Numbered from the stretch's first letter, positions 50,477 through 61,341 are shown. The stretch: DNA of 64,000 nucleotides from an uncultured Gemmatimonadales bacterium (GCA_963730185.1 CAVSQW010000003.1:20755-84754), one strand, 5' to 3'. Numbers and translations are program-made. Notes: generated from the letters alone by a model not told the origin.

Positions 50477-50931
50477 CCGGCCTCCGGCGGATGCCCGTAG
50501 CGGCGGTGGAGGAAGACGGCGAGGGCGAGGGCCACGACCGCGAGGCCGAGCAACCCGAAGCGTCCCAGGGCCTGGTCGACCGGCATCGTCACCAGCGAGA
50601 CGACGATAGTCCCGAAGGCGCTCACCATCGCCAGCGTACCTTGTCGGTACGGCGACCGGGCCGGCGCCAGGATCCGCCAGGTCACCACCGCCGCGGAAAA
50701 AATGGCGACCAGGGTGCCCAGGAAGAGCGCCGTGGCCGGCGGGGCGGACAAGTCGAGTCCCGGGGCCGGCGGCGCCGCGCCCTGGAGGGTTCGGACCACG
50801 AATCCGGACAGCGCGGCGATCCCGGTGCCGGTGCTGATTCCGATGGCCAGCCCCGCGAAGGCCAACCCGACGTAATCTTCGGTGGGTGCGTCGGGGCCCA
50901 GCGGATGCTGATGAGGGTTCGGAGAACTCAT
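50473..50931 (-). CDS. Hypothetical membrane protein (about 4 TM)
   Basis: Hydrophobic segments; ATGA overlap with lipB; TATCTT 6 nt before ATG. Confidence 0.65.
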   Translation of the reverse strand: MSSPNPHQHPLGPDAPTEDYVGLAFAGLAIGISTGTGIAALSGFVVRTLQGAAPPAPGLDLSAPPATALFLGTLVAIFSAAVVTWRILAPARSPYRQGTLAMVSAFGTIVVSLVTMPVDQALGRFGLLGLAVVALALAVFLHRRYGHPPEAG

Positions 50932-50948
50932 GGCGGAAAGATAGGCCG

Positions 50949-52615
50949 ATGGTGCCAACGATGTGGTTCGCGGCGGGTGGGGTCGCGGTGGCGATTCTGG
51001 GGATGTCGATCGTGACGGCCCGGCGTCGGCGCGCCCGGCGTCAGGCCCTGATCGACGGGTGGGGCGTCTGGCGCGAGCGCCGGCGCGACCTCGAGCGAAT
51101 CGCCGGCTACCATCGCTTCAAGGCGGCCGAGCCGGGGGCGCCCCCGTCGCTCGACGACCGGACCTGGCAAGATCTCGATCTCGACGAGGTCTTCGAGGCC
51201 CTCGATCACACGACCAGCTCGGTGGGGCGCCAGGCCCTCTACCATCGGCTCCGATCCCTGCCGGATGCCGCCGACCGGCAGCGGGTCGAGGCCGTGGCCA
51301 ACCGGGTTATGGACGACCCCGGCGCCCGCAGCGACGTCCTCGTCGCGCTCAGCCGGCTCGAGTCCACCTCGGGGTACTGGCTCTGGCGGCTCGCGGTTCC
51401 CGGCGCCATCCCGGCCGAGCGGTGGTTCGTGCTCTTTCCCATCCTGGCCGGGCTGGTGCTGGCCTCGGCGGTGGCGATTCCGTTCTGGCCCCAGGCCGTG
51501 CTGCTGCTGATCGCGACCCAGGTGATCAACATGGCCAGCCGCCAGGCGATTACCTGGCGCCTCGCCGCCATCCTGGGGCCGCTCCGGCAGATCGAGCCGC
51601 TCCTCCAAGCCGCCGACGACCTGCTGGCCGTCCCGGGCTTGGCCGAGACCGGTGGCCACCGGCTCACCGAGGGCTCCCTGGCGGCGCTTCGCGGGCTCCG
51701 TCGGGTGGCGGGGTGGATCGGGCGAGACCGGCCCACTCAGAACGACCTGGCCATGCTGCTGCTCGAATACCTGAACCTGGTGCTCTTGCTCGACGCCAAC
51801 GCCCTCTTCTTCGGTGGCCGGCAGCTGGCCCGGAACCGGGAGGCGTTCCTCCGGGTGATCGAAGGGGTGGGGGAGATCGACCTTGCGGCGAGCGTCGCCT
51901 CCTACCGGGTTGGGGCCGGCTCCTGGATCCGCCCCGAGTTTCGCGCGCCCCGGCGGGGCTGGCCGTCGACGGCATGCGCCATCCGCTGCTCGAGGACGCC
52001 GTCCCGAACTCGGTCCACCTGCCGGCGGGGCAGGGGGTACTGCTGACCGGCTCCAACATGTCGGGCAAGACCACCTACGTCCGCACCATCGGGGTCACGG
52101 TGGTGATGGCTCAGGCGATCAACACCTGTCTGGCCACCGCCTACGCCGCTCCCCAGCTCGTCGTGGCGAGCTGCATCGGCCGGTCGGACAACCTAATGGA
52201 AGGGAAGAGCTACTACCTGGCCGAGGTCGAGGCCGTGCTGGAGCTGGTTCGAGCCGCGGCGTCGGACACACCCCACCTGCTGCTCTTCGACGAGCTCTTT
52301 CGAGGCACCAACGTCGTGGAGCGTCTCGCCGCCGGCGAGGCCGTCCTCCTGGCCCTGACCGGCCCGGGCAAGCGTCACTTCGTGGTGGCCGCCACCCACG
52401 ACGGCGAGCTGGTCACCCGCCTCCGTGACACGTACTTGCCGTTCCACTTCGAGGGGCAGCTCGGTCGCGACGGGTTGGACTTCGACTACCGGCTCAAGCC
52501 CGGCCCGGCCACCACCCGCAACGCCATCGACCTCCTGGAGGTGAACGGCGCCCCGACGGAAATCGTGACCCGAGCCCGCCGGCGCGCCGCCGAGCTTGAC
52601 GTGGGTAGGGACTAG
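50949..52615 (+). CDS. Membrane-anchored MutS-domain-V ATPase (frameshift at about 51950)
   Basis: DDRTWQDLDLD, TM helices, GEIDLAAS; second frame HPLL..VPN, TGSNMSGKT, SYYLAEV, DELFRGTN, ATHD. Confidence 0.85.
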
Positions 52616-52746
52616 TGACTCGTGAGTGGTGACTAGGGAGTGATTGGGGACTTGGGAGTAGGGAGGGAGTAGGGACCGGGGAGGAGGCCCCTACTCCCTA
52701 CTCCCTACTCCCTCCCTATTCCCTACTCCCTAATCCCAACTCCCTA
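52606..52746. repeat. Intergenic palindrome of heptamer tandem repeats (TAGGGAG / CTCCCTA)
   Basis: Left arm TAGGGAC/TAGTGAC/TAGGGAG/TTGGGAG units, right arm CCCTACT-type units; spans stop to stop of convergent genes. Confidence 0.85.
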
Positions 52747-54138
52747 CGTATGGATAACCCGCCCCATGGAGTCGAGCGCCGCCTCGGCGATCGCCTCCGA
52801 CAGGGTCGGATGCGCGTGCACCGTGAGATCCACTTCCTCGACCGTGCACTCGTTCTCGCGTGCCACGGCCAGCTCGTGGATCATCTCCGAGGCGTGTGAC
52901 GCCACGATGTGGGCCCCCAGGATCTCGCCGTATTTCTTGTCGCGAATGATCTTGACGAAGCCCTCGGTCTCGTTCGACGCCCGGGCCCGGCCGTTGGCGC
53001 TGAAGGGGAACCGCCCGACCTGGTAGTCGAGCTGCTTCTCCTTGCACTGGTCCTCGGTGAGCCCGATGCTCGCGACCTCCGGGTGACAATAGGTCACGCT
53101 CGGAATGTTGTCGTACGTGATCGGGTGGGGCGTCTTGCCGGCGATCCGCTCCGCCACGTTGATGCCCTCACGGCTCCCTTTGTGGGCCAGCATCGGCGGG
53201 CCGGCCACGTCGCCGATGCAGTAGACGCCCGCCGCGGTCGTCTCGAGGGTGGCGCGATGCACCTTGACGAAGCCCCGCTCGTCGAGCTGGATCCCCGCCT
53301 CCTTGAAGCCCATGTTCTCGGTGTTGACGGCCCGGCCGGCCGCCATCAGCACCTTCTCGGCCGTGACCGTCTCCGTCTTGCCCCCCACCTCCAGCGTGAG
53401 CGTCACCTCGTCCGGGCCCACCTGGGCCTTGGTGACCTTGGCGCCGGCGAAGACGTTGATTCCCCGCTTTCGGTAGCTCTTGGCGATCGCATCCGACGAC
53501 TCGGCGTCCTCGATCGGGAGGATCCGGGGCAGGGCCTCGATCAGAGTGACCTGGCTGCCGAAGGCGTTGAAGATGTCGGCGAACTCGGTCCCCACCGCGC
53601 CGGCGCCGATCACGGCCAGCGAGGCCGGCGCCTTCTCCAGGAAGAGTGCCTCGTCGGAGCTGATCACGCTGCCCTTGTTGATCTCCAGGCCGATGGCCGG
53701 GATGCCCTTTACCCGAGAGCCGGTGGCGATCACCAGGGCCTTGGTTGCCGTGTGGGTGTCGCTCCCCACCGTGACCTTCTTGCCCGGCAGCACCGAGCCC
53801 GTGCCCTTGATGACGGTGATCTTGTTCTTCTTCATCAGGAAGTCGGCGCCGCGGGAGTTCTGGTCGGCCACCTGGCGGGAGCGCTTCATGGCCACGCCGT
53901 AGTCGGTCTTGACCGTGCCGATCTCCACCCCGAGCGCCTTGGCGTCGTGGGCCAGGACCCGGGACACGTAGGCGCTGTGGAGCAGGGCCTTGGTCGGAAT
54001 GCAGCCGATGTTGACGCAGACCCCGCCCATTTTGTCCTTCTCGACCACGGCGGTCGAGAGGCCGAGCTGGGCGCAGCGGATGGCACAGACGTAGCCGGCG
54101 GGGCCGCCGCCGAGCACGATGACGTCGAACGAGCTCAC
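52744..54138 (-). CDS. lpdA: Dihydrolipoyl dehydrogenase (E3)
   Basis: GGGPAGY, GGVCVNIGCIPTK, GDV..PPMLAH, HAHPTLSE. Confidence 0.98.
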   Translation of the reverse strand: MSSFDVIVLGGGPAGYVCAIRCAQLGLSTAVVEKDKMGGVCVNIGCIPTKALLHSAYVSRVLAHDAKALGVEIGTVKTDYGVAMKRSRQVADQNSRGADFLMKKNKITVIKGTGSVLPGKKVTVGSDTHTATKALVIATGSRVKGIPAIGLEINKGSVISSDEALFLEKAPASLAVIGAGAVGTEFADIFNAFGSQVTLIEALPRILPIEDAESSDAIAKSYRKRGINVFAGAKVTKAQVGPDEVTLTLEVGGKTETVTAEKVLMAAGRAVNTENMGFKEAGIQLDERGFVKVHRATLETTAAGVYCIGDVAGPPMLAHKGSREGINVAERIAGKTPHPITYDNIPSVTYCHPEVASIGLTEDQCKEKQLDYQVGRFPFSANGRARASNETEGFVKIIRDKKYGEILGAHIVASHASEMIHELAVARENECTVEEVDLTVHAHPTLSEAIAEAALDSMGRVIHT

Positions 54139-54171
54139 GAGTTCATCTCGATCAATGAAGGTTGCCGGTCC

Positions 54172-54208
54172 GAGCCCCGCCGCCCGTCACCGACGGGCGG
54201 CGGGGCTC
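54172..54208. terminator. Perfect 17-bp hairpin between pdhC and lpdA
   Basis: GAGCCCCGCCGCCCGTC-ACC-GACGGGCGGCGGGGCTC; no U-tract. Confidence 0.55.
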
Positions 54209-54225
54209 ACGTCGTATTCCGTTTC

Positions 54226-55524
54226 TCAGCCGACCACCAGGCCGACCGGATTTTCGAGCAGCAGCTTGAGGGTCTTGAGGAACTCAGCCCCGGTGGCACC
54301 GTCGATCACCCGGTGGTCGCAGCTCATCGTAACCCGCATCCGGCGCCGGGGCACCACGGCGCCGTTCACCACCGCCGCCACCGGGGCGATCGACCCGACC
54401 GCCAGGATCCCGGCCTCGGGCGGGTTGATCACCGCGGTAAAGTGCTCGATGTCGAACATCCCGAGGTTCGAGACCGAGAACGTGGCGCCCGTGTATTCGG
54501 CCGGGGCCAGCCGCCGCTCCCTGGCCTTGCCGGCCATCGTCCGGGCCTCGGCGCCGATCTCGGTCAGGCTCTTCAGGTCGGCGTCGCGGATCACGGGCGT
54601 GATCAGCCCATCCTCGACCGCGACCGCCATCCCGACATGGACCTCGTTCCAGTAGCGAATCCGATCGTCCTGCCACCAGGCGTTGCAGGCGGGATGGGCC
54701 CGGAGCGCCAGCGCGGTGGCCCGGATCACCAGGTCGTTGAACGAGACCTTGGCCTGGTCGCCCAGGGTGGCTTTGAGCTGGTCCCGGAGGTCGGCGGCCC
54801 GCTCCATGTCGATCTCGGTCGTGAGATAGAACGTGGGGATCGGACCGATCGACTGGACCAGCCGCTTGGCGATCGTCTTCCGGATCTGGGTGAGCGGAAC
54901 GTCGTGGTAGGCCGGGCCGGTCGGGCGGGCGGGGCGACGAAGGGATGGGGTGAGTGGCGCGGCCCCCACCACCGGGCCCAGGGCGCCTTCGAGGTCGCGC
55001 TTCACCACCCGCCCCTCGGGGCCGGTGCCCTGGATCATCCGGAGGTCGAGGCCACGCTCCGACGCGATCCGTCGGGCCAGCGGCGAGGCCTTGACCCGCC
55101 CGCCGGCCGTGACCGGCACGGTGGCGGGTGCCGCGACGATCGCTGCCTCTTGCCCGGTGCTCTGCCGTCCGCCCGCCCGCCCGCCGGCCGTCGCCGCCTT
55201 CTCGTCCGGGCGCACGGCCGCCTGGCCGTCCTCGCTCCCGTCCTGCCGTCCGCCCGTCGAGCCGTCTCCTTCGGGCACGGCCTCGCCCGCCGCGCCGATC
55301 CATCCCACCACGTCGGAGACCGGGACCGTCGCCCCGGCCCGGGCCACCTGCTTGAGCAGGGTACCGTCGGCCCGGGCCACCAGCTCCATGACCGCCTTGT
55401 CGGTTTCGACTTCGGCGAGCACGTCGCCTTGGGCGACGGCGTCGCCCTCGTTCTTCTTCCATTCGACCAGGCGGCCCTCTTCCATCGTGGGCGAGAGCGC
55501 CTCCATCACCACTTTCGTCGCCAT
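54226..55524 (-). CDS. pdhC: Pyruvate dehydrogenase E2 dihydrolipoamide acetyltransferase
   Basis: [18 protein letters not shown] lipoyl Lys, [25 protein letters not shown]. Confidence 0.96.
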   Translation of the reverse strand: MATKVVMEALSPTMEEGRLVEWKKNEGDAVAQGDVLAEVETDKAVMELVARADGTLLKQVARAGATVPVSDVVGWIGAAGEAVPEGDGSTGGRQDGSEDGQAAVRPDEKAATAGGRAGGRQSTGQEAAIVAAPATVPVTAGGRVKASPLARRIASERGLDLRMIQGTGPEGRVVKRDLEGALGPVVGAAPLTPSLRRPARPTGPAYHDVPLTQIRKTIAKRLVQSIGPIPTFYLTTEIDMERAADLRDQLKATLGDQAKVSFNDLVIRATALALRAHPACNAWWQDDRIRYWNEVHVGMAVAVEDGLITPVIRDADLKSLTEIGAEARTMAGKARERRLAPAEYTGATFSVSNLGMFDIEHFTAVINPPEAGILAVGSIAPVAAVVNGAVVPRRRMRVTMSCDHRVIDGATGAEFLKTLKLLLENPVGLVVG

Positions 55525-55535
55525 CCCCGCCTCGC

Positions 55536-56517
55536 CTAGAGGTAGAGCACCGCGCGGGCCGCCGCGACGATCTTCGTCGCGTCGACCTTGGCGGCCCGCT
55601 CGAGGGAGCGGTTGTAGGGCATCGGTACGTCGGCGCCGGTCACCCGGCGGATCGGCGCGTCCAGCTCGTCGAAGGCTTCTCGCTGCACCACGTCCACCAC
55701 CTGCGCCCCGATCCCCGCGAACGGCCAGCCTTCCTCGGCCACGACGCAGCGGTTGGTCCGGGCCACCGAGTTGAGGATCGTGGCGGTGTCGAGCGGACGG
55801 ATGGTCCGAAGGTCGATCACCTCGGCCTCGACGTGGTGCTCGGCGGCCAGTTGCTCCGCCGCCTTGAGCGCCGGCCCCACCGTCTTCGAGTGACAGACGA
55901 TGGTGAGGTCGTTGCCGGCCCGCTTGATGTCGGCCTGGCCCAAGCGGGGTGAGATACTCGTCGTCGGGCACCTCGCCCTTGAGGTTGTAGAGCATCTCGC
56001 CTTCCATGAAGATCACCGGGTCGTCGTCGCGGATGGCGCTCTTCAGCAGCCCCTTGGCGTCGGCCGGCGTCGCCGGGGTCACCACCTTGAGACCCGGCAC
56101 GTGCGCGTAGAAGCTCTCGAACGCCTGTGAGTGCTGCGCCGCCAGCTGGAGCGCGGCGCCGCCCGGTCCCCGGAACACGATCGGGACCCCGATCTGCCCC
56201 CCGGACATGTAGCGCATCTTGGCGGCCGAGTTGACGATCTGGTCGATGGCCAGGAGCGCGAAGTTCCAGGTCATCATCTCGATCACCGGCCGGAGCCCGA
56301 CCATCGCGGCCCCGACCCCGATGCCCGCGAAGCCGAGCTCCGCGATCGGCGTGTCCACCACCCGCTTGGGGCCGAACTCCTTGAGCAGGCCTCGGCTCAC
56401 CTTGTAGGCGCCGTCGTACTCGGCCACTTCCTCACCCATCAGGAAGACCTTCTCGTCCCGCTGCATCTCTTCACGGAGCGCCTGATTGAGCGCGTCGCGG
56501 TAGGTCAGGGTCGCCAT
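55536..56517 (-). CDS. pdhB: Pyruvate dehydrogenase E1 beta (frameshift at about 55940)
   Basis: [25 protein letters not shown]; second frame [23 protein letters not shown]. Confidence 0.95.
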
Positions 56518-56521
56518 GGGC

Positions 56522-57537
56522 TCAGGCCTTCGGCGCGTAGACGTCGGCTTCGAGCCGGTCCGGATCGGGGTCCGGCGACTCCTCGGCGAACTTGAACGCG
56601 TCGGCCACCTCGGCCACGACCTCGTCGGTCAGGGCCTGAAGCCCGGCGTCGTCGAGGTAGCCGCCCTGCTGCATCCGTGCGGCCAGCACCGTGATCGGAT
56701 CGCGGCGGCGATACTCCTCGACCTCGTCCTTGGTCCGATAGGTGCCGTGGGCGGCGTCGGACATCGAGTGGCCCACGTAGCGGTAAGTCTTGACCTCGAG
56801 CAGGGTGGGCATCGACTCCTTGCGGGCCTGCGCCACGGCCCGGTCCATGGCCTCGCGCACCGTGTCCACGTCCTGCCCGTCCACTTCCTCGGCCGGCATG
56901 CCGTACGCCGTGCCCCGGACCGAGAGGTTCTTCACCGCGCTGGCCCGGGCGACCGCGGTGCCCATGCCGTAGCCGTTGTTCTCGCAGATGAAGATCGCCG
57001 GCAGCTGCCAGAGCGACGCCATGTTGAGCGCCTCGTGGAAGGCGCCGATGTTGGCGGCCGCCTCGCCGAAGAAGCAGGCGATGACCTGGTCGCCGCCTCG
57101 GTACTTGATCGCGAACGCCACCCCCGCTGCCAGCGGAATGTGGCTCCCCACGATGCCGTGCCCGCCCAGGAAGCCTTTCGAGGCGTCGAACAGGTGCATC
57201 GAGCCGCCCTTGCCGGTCGAGCACCCGGTGGCCTTGCCGAAGAGCTCGGCCATGATCGGGCGGGGGCCCAGTCCCGCGGGCCAGCGCCTGACCGTGCTCC
57301 CGGTAGGCGCTGATCACGTAGTCGTCGTCGCGGAGGGCGCGAAATGGTGCCGACCGCCACCGCCTCCTGGCCGATGTAGAGGTGACAGAACCCGCCGACC
57401 TTGCCGAGGCAGTACGCTTCGCCGGCCTTCTCCTCGAACTGGCGGATCAGGAGCATCTGTCGGAGGTAGGCGTGGTGACGGGCTCGGGTGGCGTCGTCCG
57501 CCTTCCTCCCGGCCGGCTTGGCCTTGGTGCGGGTCAT
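56522..57537 (-). CDS. pdhA: Pyruvate dehydrogenase E1 alpha (frameshifts at about 57340 and 57265)
   Basis: [11 protein letters not shown] / SAYREHG / [32 protein letters not shown] spread over three frames. Confidence 0.93.
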
Positions 57538-58483
57538 GTCGCCGCTCTCGCCTTCTTCGCCTGGTCCACCTGCTCCCAGGCGTGGTAGGTCGAGCGGGTG
57601 AGCGGGCTCGCCTCGACGTGGGTGAAGCCCATCTCAGGCCGATCGCGCGGAGCTCGGCGAATTCGTCAGGGGTGTAGAACCGGGCCACCGGCAGGTGGCT
57701 CGCCGACGGGTCGGAGGTACTGGCCCAGGGTCAGGATGTTCACGTCGCTCCGGCGCAGGTCGCGCATCGCGGTGAGCAGCTCGTCCCACTCCTCGCCCAT
57801 GCCGAGGATGATTCCCGACTTGGTCAGGCCGGCGGGCCGAATCGGCCCGGGCTCGCGCCAGGAGCTCGAGCGCGCGGTCGATAGCGGCCGCCGGGTCGGG
57901 CCAGGCGGTAGAGCCGTTCCGCGGTCTCGAGATTGTGATTGAGGATGGCGGGCTTGGCATCGAGCACGATCCGGAGCGCCCGCTCCGATCCCTTGAAGTC
58001 GGGGATCAGCACCTCGACCGAGGTCTCGGGTAGCGCGCTTCCGAATCTCGGTGACGCATCCCGCGAACGCCTCGGCGCCGCCGTTCGGGAGGTCGTCGCG
58101 GTCCACCGAGGTGATCACCACGTGCTGCCAGGCCCATCTCGCGCCACCGCCTCGGCCAGCCGCACCGGCTCGACCGGATCGAACGGCGCCGGGGTGCCGT
58201 GGGCCACCGCGCAGTAGGCGCAGTTTCGGGTGCACACGTCGCCCAGGATCATGAAGGTCGCCGCCTTGTGCTCCCAGCATTCGCCGATGTTGGGGCAGCG
58301 GGCTTCCTCGCAGACGGTGTGCAGCTCGAGCTTCCGCATCAGATCGCGGATCCGGACGTAGTTGGCGCCACCCGGCGCCCGGACCTTGATCCACGACGGC
58401 TTCCTGACCTGCCCCTGCTGCAACGGCTGAGGCGGGGAAGGCGGGGTCGGCGTTCGCGTGAGCTGGACCAACGGTGCTGCCAC
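57534..58483 (-). pseudogene. lipA: Lipoyl synthase, fragmented by about 7 indels (probably sequencing errors)
   Basis: KPSWIKV, TVCEEARCPNIGEC, CTRNCAYC, VVITSVDRDDL, LIPDF, NHNLET, TKSGIILG, GQYLRP, RSTYHA in successive frames. Confidence 0.9.
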
Positions 58484-58627
58484 GACGTCATCTCCTCGGC
58501 TGACCGGACGGCCGCCGCCGGGAGGCGGCGGCGAGCGAATCCGAAGGATAGTATCGGAAAGGATTGCGGGCCAGGGGAGCGGAGCATCTAACTCCCGTGA
58601 CGACCGGCAGTTAGGCGGCCCGATCGG

Positions 58628-60145
58628 CTACCGGAAGAGCGCCGCCGCCTTGGAGAGCGTGCCCCAGACTCCCCATGCCAGCGGGATACCCACCAGAAGC
58701 CAGGTCGCCGCCGTCGCCAGCGAGCGGGGCGAGGCCGCGCCGGCGGCAACGGGGCCCGTCGTTGGCGTCGCGTCCCGATTGTCCGCGCGATGGCCTCCCG
58801 CGGCGTCGTCCAGGTGATGGCGGGGATCCACCGGCCGCACGGCCAGGTTGGCCGCCAGCCCCAGGAGGAGGAGGGCGGCCATCAGGTACATGGTCACGTT
58901 GTAGGCCTGGGCCTTGGCGACCCCGTGGTCGATCTGATACTGGCGGAGGTAGTTGACCAGCACCGGCCCCAACACGCCCGCCGCCGACCACGCGGTGAGG
59001 AGCCGACCGTGGATCGCGCCGACGAACCGGGTGCCGAAGAGGTCCGCGAGATAGGCCGGGATCGTGGCGAACCCGCCGCCGTACATGGTGAGGATCACCG
59101 CGAACGCCGCCACGAACAGCACCACGCTCCCGATCCGGCCGCTGGCCGGGACCGAAGCGTAGAGCAGAATGCCGAGCCCGAAGAAGACCGAGTAGGTTCG
59201 GCGCCGACCGATCCGGTCCGAGAGCGAAGACCAGAAGAACCGCCCGATCATGTTGAAGAGGCTCAGGACCCCGACGAACCCGGCGGCGGCGGCGGCGTCG
59301 ATCCGATCGCGGAACACCTCCTGGATCATCGCGCTGGCCTGACCCAGCACGCCGATGCCCGCCGTCACGTTGAGGCAGAGGACCGCCCAGAGGAGGTAGA
59401 ACTGGGGGGTCCGGACCGCCGCCGTCGGAGGGACGGTCGCCCTGGTGATCAATCGGTCGGTCTGCCGGGCCGGCTCCCACCCCGGCGGCGTCCATCCCGG
59501 CGCCGGGACCCGGAAGCCCAGGGCCCCGAGCGCCATCGCGGCGCCGTAGATCAGACCCAGCACCACGAACGTCTCGGCCACGCCGACCGAGGTCGACGAC
59601 GCGAACCGGTTCATCAGAGCCGTGGACAGCGGGGCGGCGATCATGGCCCCCCCACCGAATCCCATGATCGCGAGGCCGGTGGCCATGCCGCGCCGGTCGG
59701 GGAACCACCGGATCAGGGTCGAGACCGGGGTGATGTACCCGAGCCCTAACCCGCAGCCGCCGAGGACCCCGTAGCCGAAGAGCAGGAGCCAGAGCTGATG
59801 GGTCCGGACCCCGAGCGCGGCCACCAGAAAGCCCCCGCTCCAACAGGCCGCCGCCACCAGGCCGCTGGTTCGGGGCCCCACCCGCTCGAGCCAGCGCCCG
59901 AACCCGGCGGCCGAGAGGCCCAGGAACACGATCGCCAGCGTGAAGGTCCAGCCCAGCTGGGTCAGCCGCCAGTCCCCCGGCGTCGGCGCGGTGATGCCGA
60001 TTGCTCGGGAGAGCGGGAGGTTGAAGACGCTGAAGGCGTAGGCTTGGCCGATCGAGAGGTGGATCGCCAACGCGGCGGGCGGGATCAGCCAGCGATTGAA
60101 CCCCGGGCCGGCGGCCAGGTGCCGGGAGGCGGCCGCGGCCGTCAT
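58628..60145 (-). CDS. OFA-family MFS transporter (oxalate/formate antiporter-like)
   Basis: HLSIGQAYAFSVF, GLGYITPVSTLIRWFPDRRGMATG, YGGGFATIPAYLADLFG. Confidence 0.93.
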   Translation of the reverse strand: MTAAAASRHLAAGPGFNRWLIPPAALAIHLSIGQAYAFSVFNLPLSRAIGITAPTPGDWRLTQLGWTFTLAIVFLGLSAAGFGRWLERVGPRTSGLVAAACWSGGFLVAALGVRTHQLWLLLFGYGVLGGCGLGLGYITPVSTLIRWFPDRRGMATGLAIMGFGGGAMIAAPLSTALMNRFASSTSVGVAETFVVLGLIYGAAMALGALGFRVPAPGWTPPGWEPARQTDRLITRATVPPTAAVRTPQFYLLWAVLCLNVTAGIGVLGQASAMIQEVFRDRIDAAAAAGFVGVLSLFNMIGRFFWSSLSDRIGRRRTYSVFFGLGILLYASVPASGRIGSVVLFVAAFAVILTMYGGGFATIPAYLADLFGTRFVGAIHGRLLTAWSAAGVLGPVLVNYLRQYQIDHGVAKAQAYNVTMYLMAALLLLGLAANLAVRPVDPRHHLDDAAGGHRADNRDATPTTGPVAAGAASPRSLATAATWLLVGIPLAWGVWGTLSKAAALFR

Positions 60146-61341
60146 CGACCGAGCAGCCGCTCGACGGTGGCCGTCATGTCGGCGATCTGCTTCTGGTACT
60201 GGTCGCCGGTCGCCGGGCCGCGGAAGCCGGCGTAGACCTGCTTCACCCGCCCGTCCCGTCCCACGAAGATGCTGGTCGGATAAGCCGTGAACCCGGTCAG
60301 CTGGGGCAGGGTCGCCGCGGTCTCCTCGACGACGTTGATGCCTCCCCGGAGCAGGAGATACGGAATCCGGTACTTGTCGCGGAACCGCCGGATCTGGCGG
60401 TTGTCCTTGGCGCTGTCGCCGCTCACCTCGTACGCGATCCCGACGACCTCGAGTCCCCGGTCATGGTACTTGCGATAGAGATCGACCAGGAGCGGCGCCG
60501 CGTCGTGGCAGGTCGGGCACCAGGTCCCGAAGACGTCGATCAAGAGGACCTTACCCGCGAAGCGGGGGTCGTCGTCGGTCACCGTCCTCCCTTCGAGGTC
60601 GGGGAAGGCGAAGGAGAACGGATGAACGGTGTCGGCTTGGGTGAGCGCCGTCGGCGCGACCAGGTGAGGGGCGCCGGTGCTGCGCCAGGCCAGGTATGGC
60701 GTCTGGGTGCGCGCCCCGGCGTGGAAGATCCCCCGGAGGGTATCGCCGTCGAGGTGGCCCTCGAGCAGGTAGACGAAGCTCCCGTCGAAGTGGGCCACGT
60801 GGAAGCTGTCGTCGCGCGCGCCGCCCCAGAAGAGCCCGTAGTCGCCGCTGTTGGCCTGGAAGGATGCCTCGAGTCCCATGGGGCCGTTCCGGAACACGAA
60901 GACCCGCGGGCTCCGCCGCTCGCCCGAGACGAAGGTCGCATCCCACCGGCCCAGGAGCGCCGAGGGCCCGCTGACCGTGTCCCAGACGCCTCGGGCCGCT
61001 CGGAAGGGAATCGAGCGCGGCCCGCGGTTGCCGACGTTCCGGTAGGTCCCGACCAGCGAATCGCCCCGGACCCGAACGGCGATGGTCGCGTCGTAGTCGC
61101 CGATCTCCACGAGGATCGAGTCGCCCTCGGCCCGAATCGCCGAGAGGTCGTTGCAGGCGCTTCCGTTGCAGATCCGGCCCGGTTCCGCGGAGCCCGGGTT
61201 ACCGAGCTCGAGGGTGAAGGGAAGGGTCCCGCCGGCCAGGTCCAGCGCCGCGCGCCACGATCCGGCCAGCCGAGGCGCGCCGCCGCATCCAGCGGCGAGG
61301 GCCGTCGCGGTCAAGAGGGTCCAACCGGTGCGTGATCCCAT
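60142..61341 (-). CDS. TlpA-like disulfide reductase lipoprotein
   Basis: Lipobox AAGC; GDY..FDG domain; GTWCPTC, AYPTSIF. Confidence 0.85.
   Translation of the reverse strand: MGSRTGWTLLTATALAAGCGGAPRLAGSWRAALDLAGGTLPFTLELGNPGSAEPGRICNGSACNDLSAIRAEGDSILVEIGDYDATIAVRVRGDSLVGTYRNVGNRGPRSIPFRAARGVWDTVSGPSALLGRWDATFVSGERRSPRVFVFRNGPMGLEASFQANSGDYGLFWGGARDDSFHVAHFDGSFVYLLEGHLDGDTLRGIFHAGARTQTPYLAWRSTGAPHLVAPTALTQADTVHPFSFAFPDLEGRTVTDDDPRFAGKVLLIDVFGTWCPTCHDAAPLLVDLYRKYHDRGLEVVGIAYEVSGDSAKDNRQIRRFRDKYRIPYLLLRGGINVVEETAATLPQLTGFTAYPTSIFVGRDGRVKQVYAGFRGPATGDQYQKQIADMTATVERLLGR

Noticed and set aside
52606..52746. CRISPR array or telomere-like repeat
   Set aside because: Units are 7 nt with no unique spacers, there are no cas genes, and the repeat is internal and palindromic
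54226..56517. PdhB-PdhC fusion (763-aa ORF), and similar long ORFs 24420-26783, 19566-21137, 20306-21700, 61344-63251
   Set aside because: Produced by a frameshift or by open off-frames; each real gene has its own start and stop
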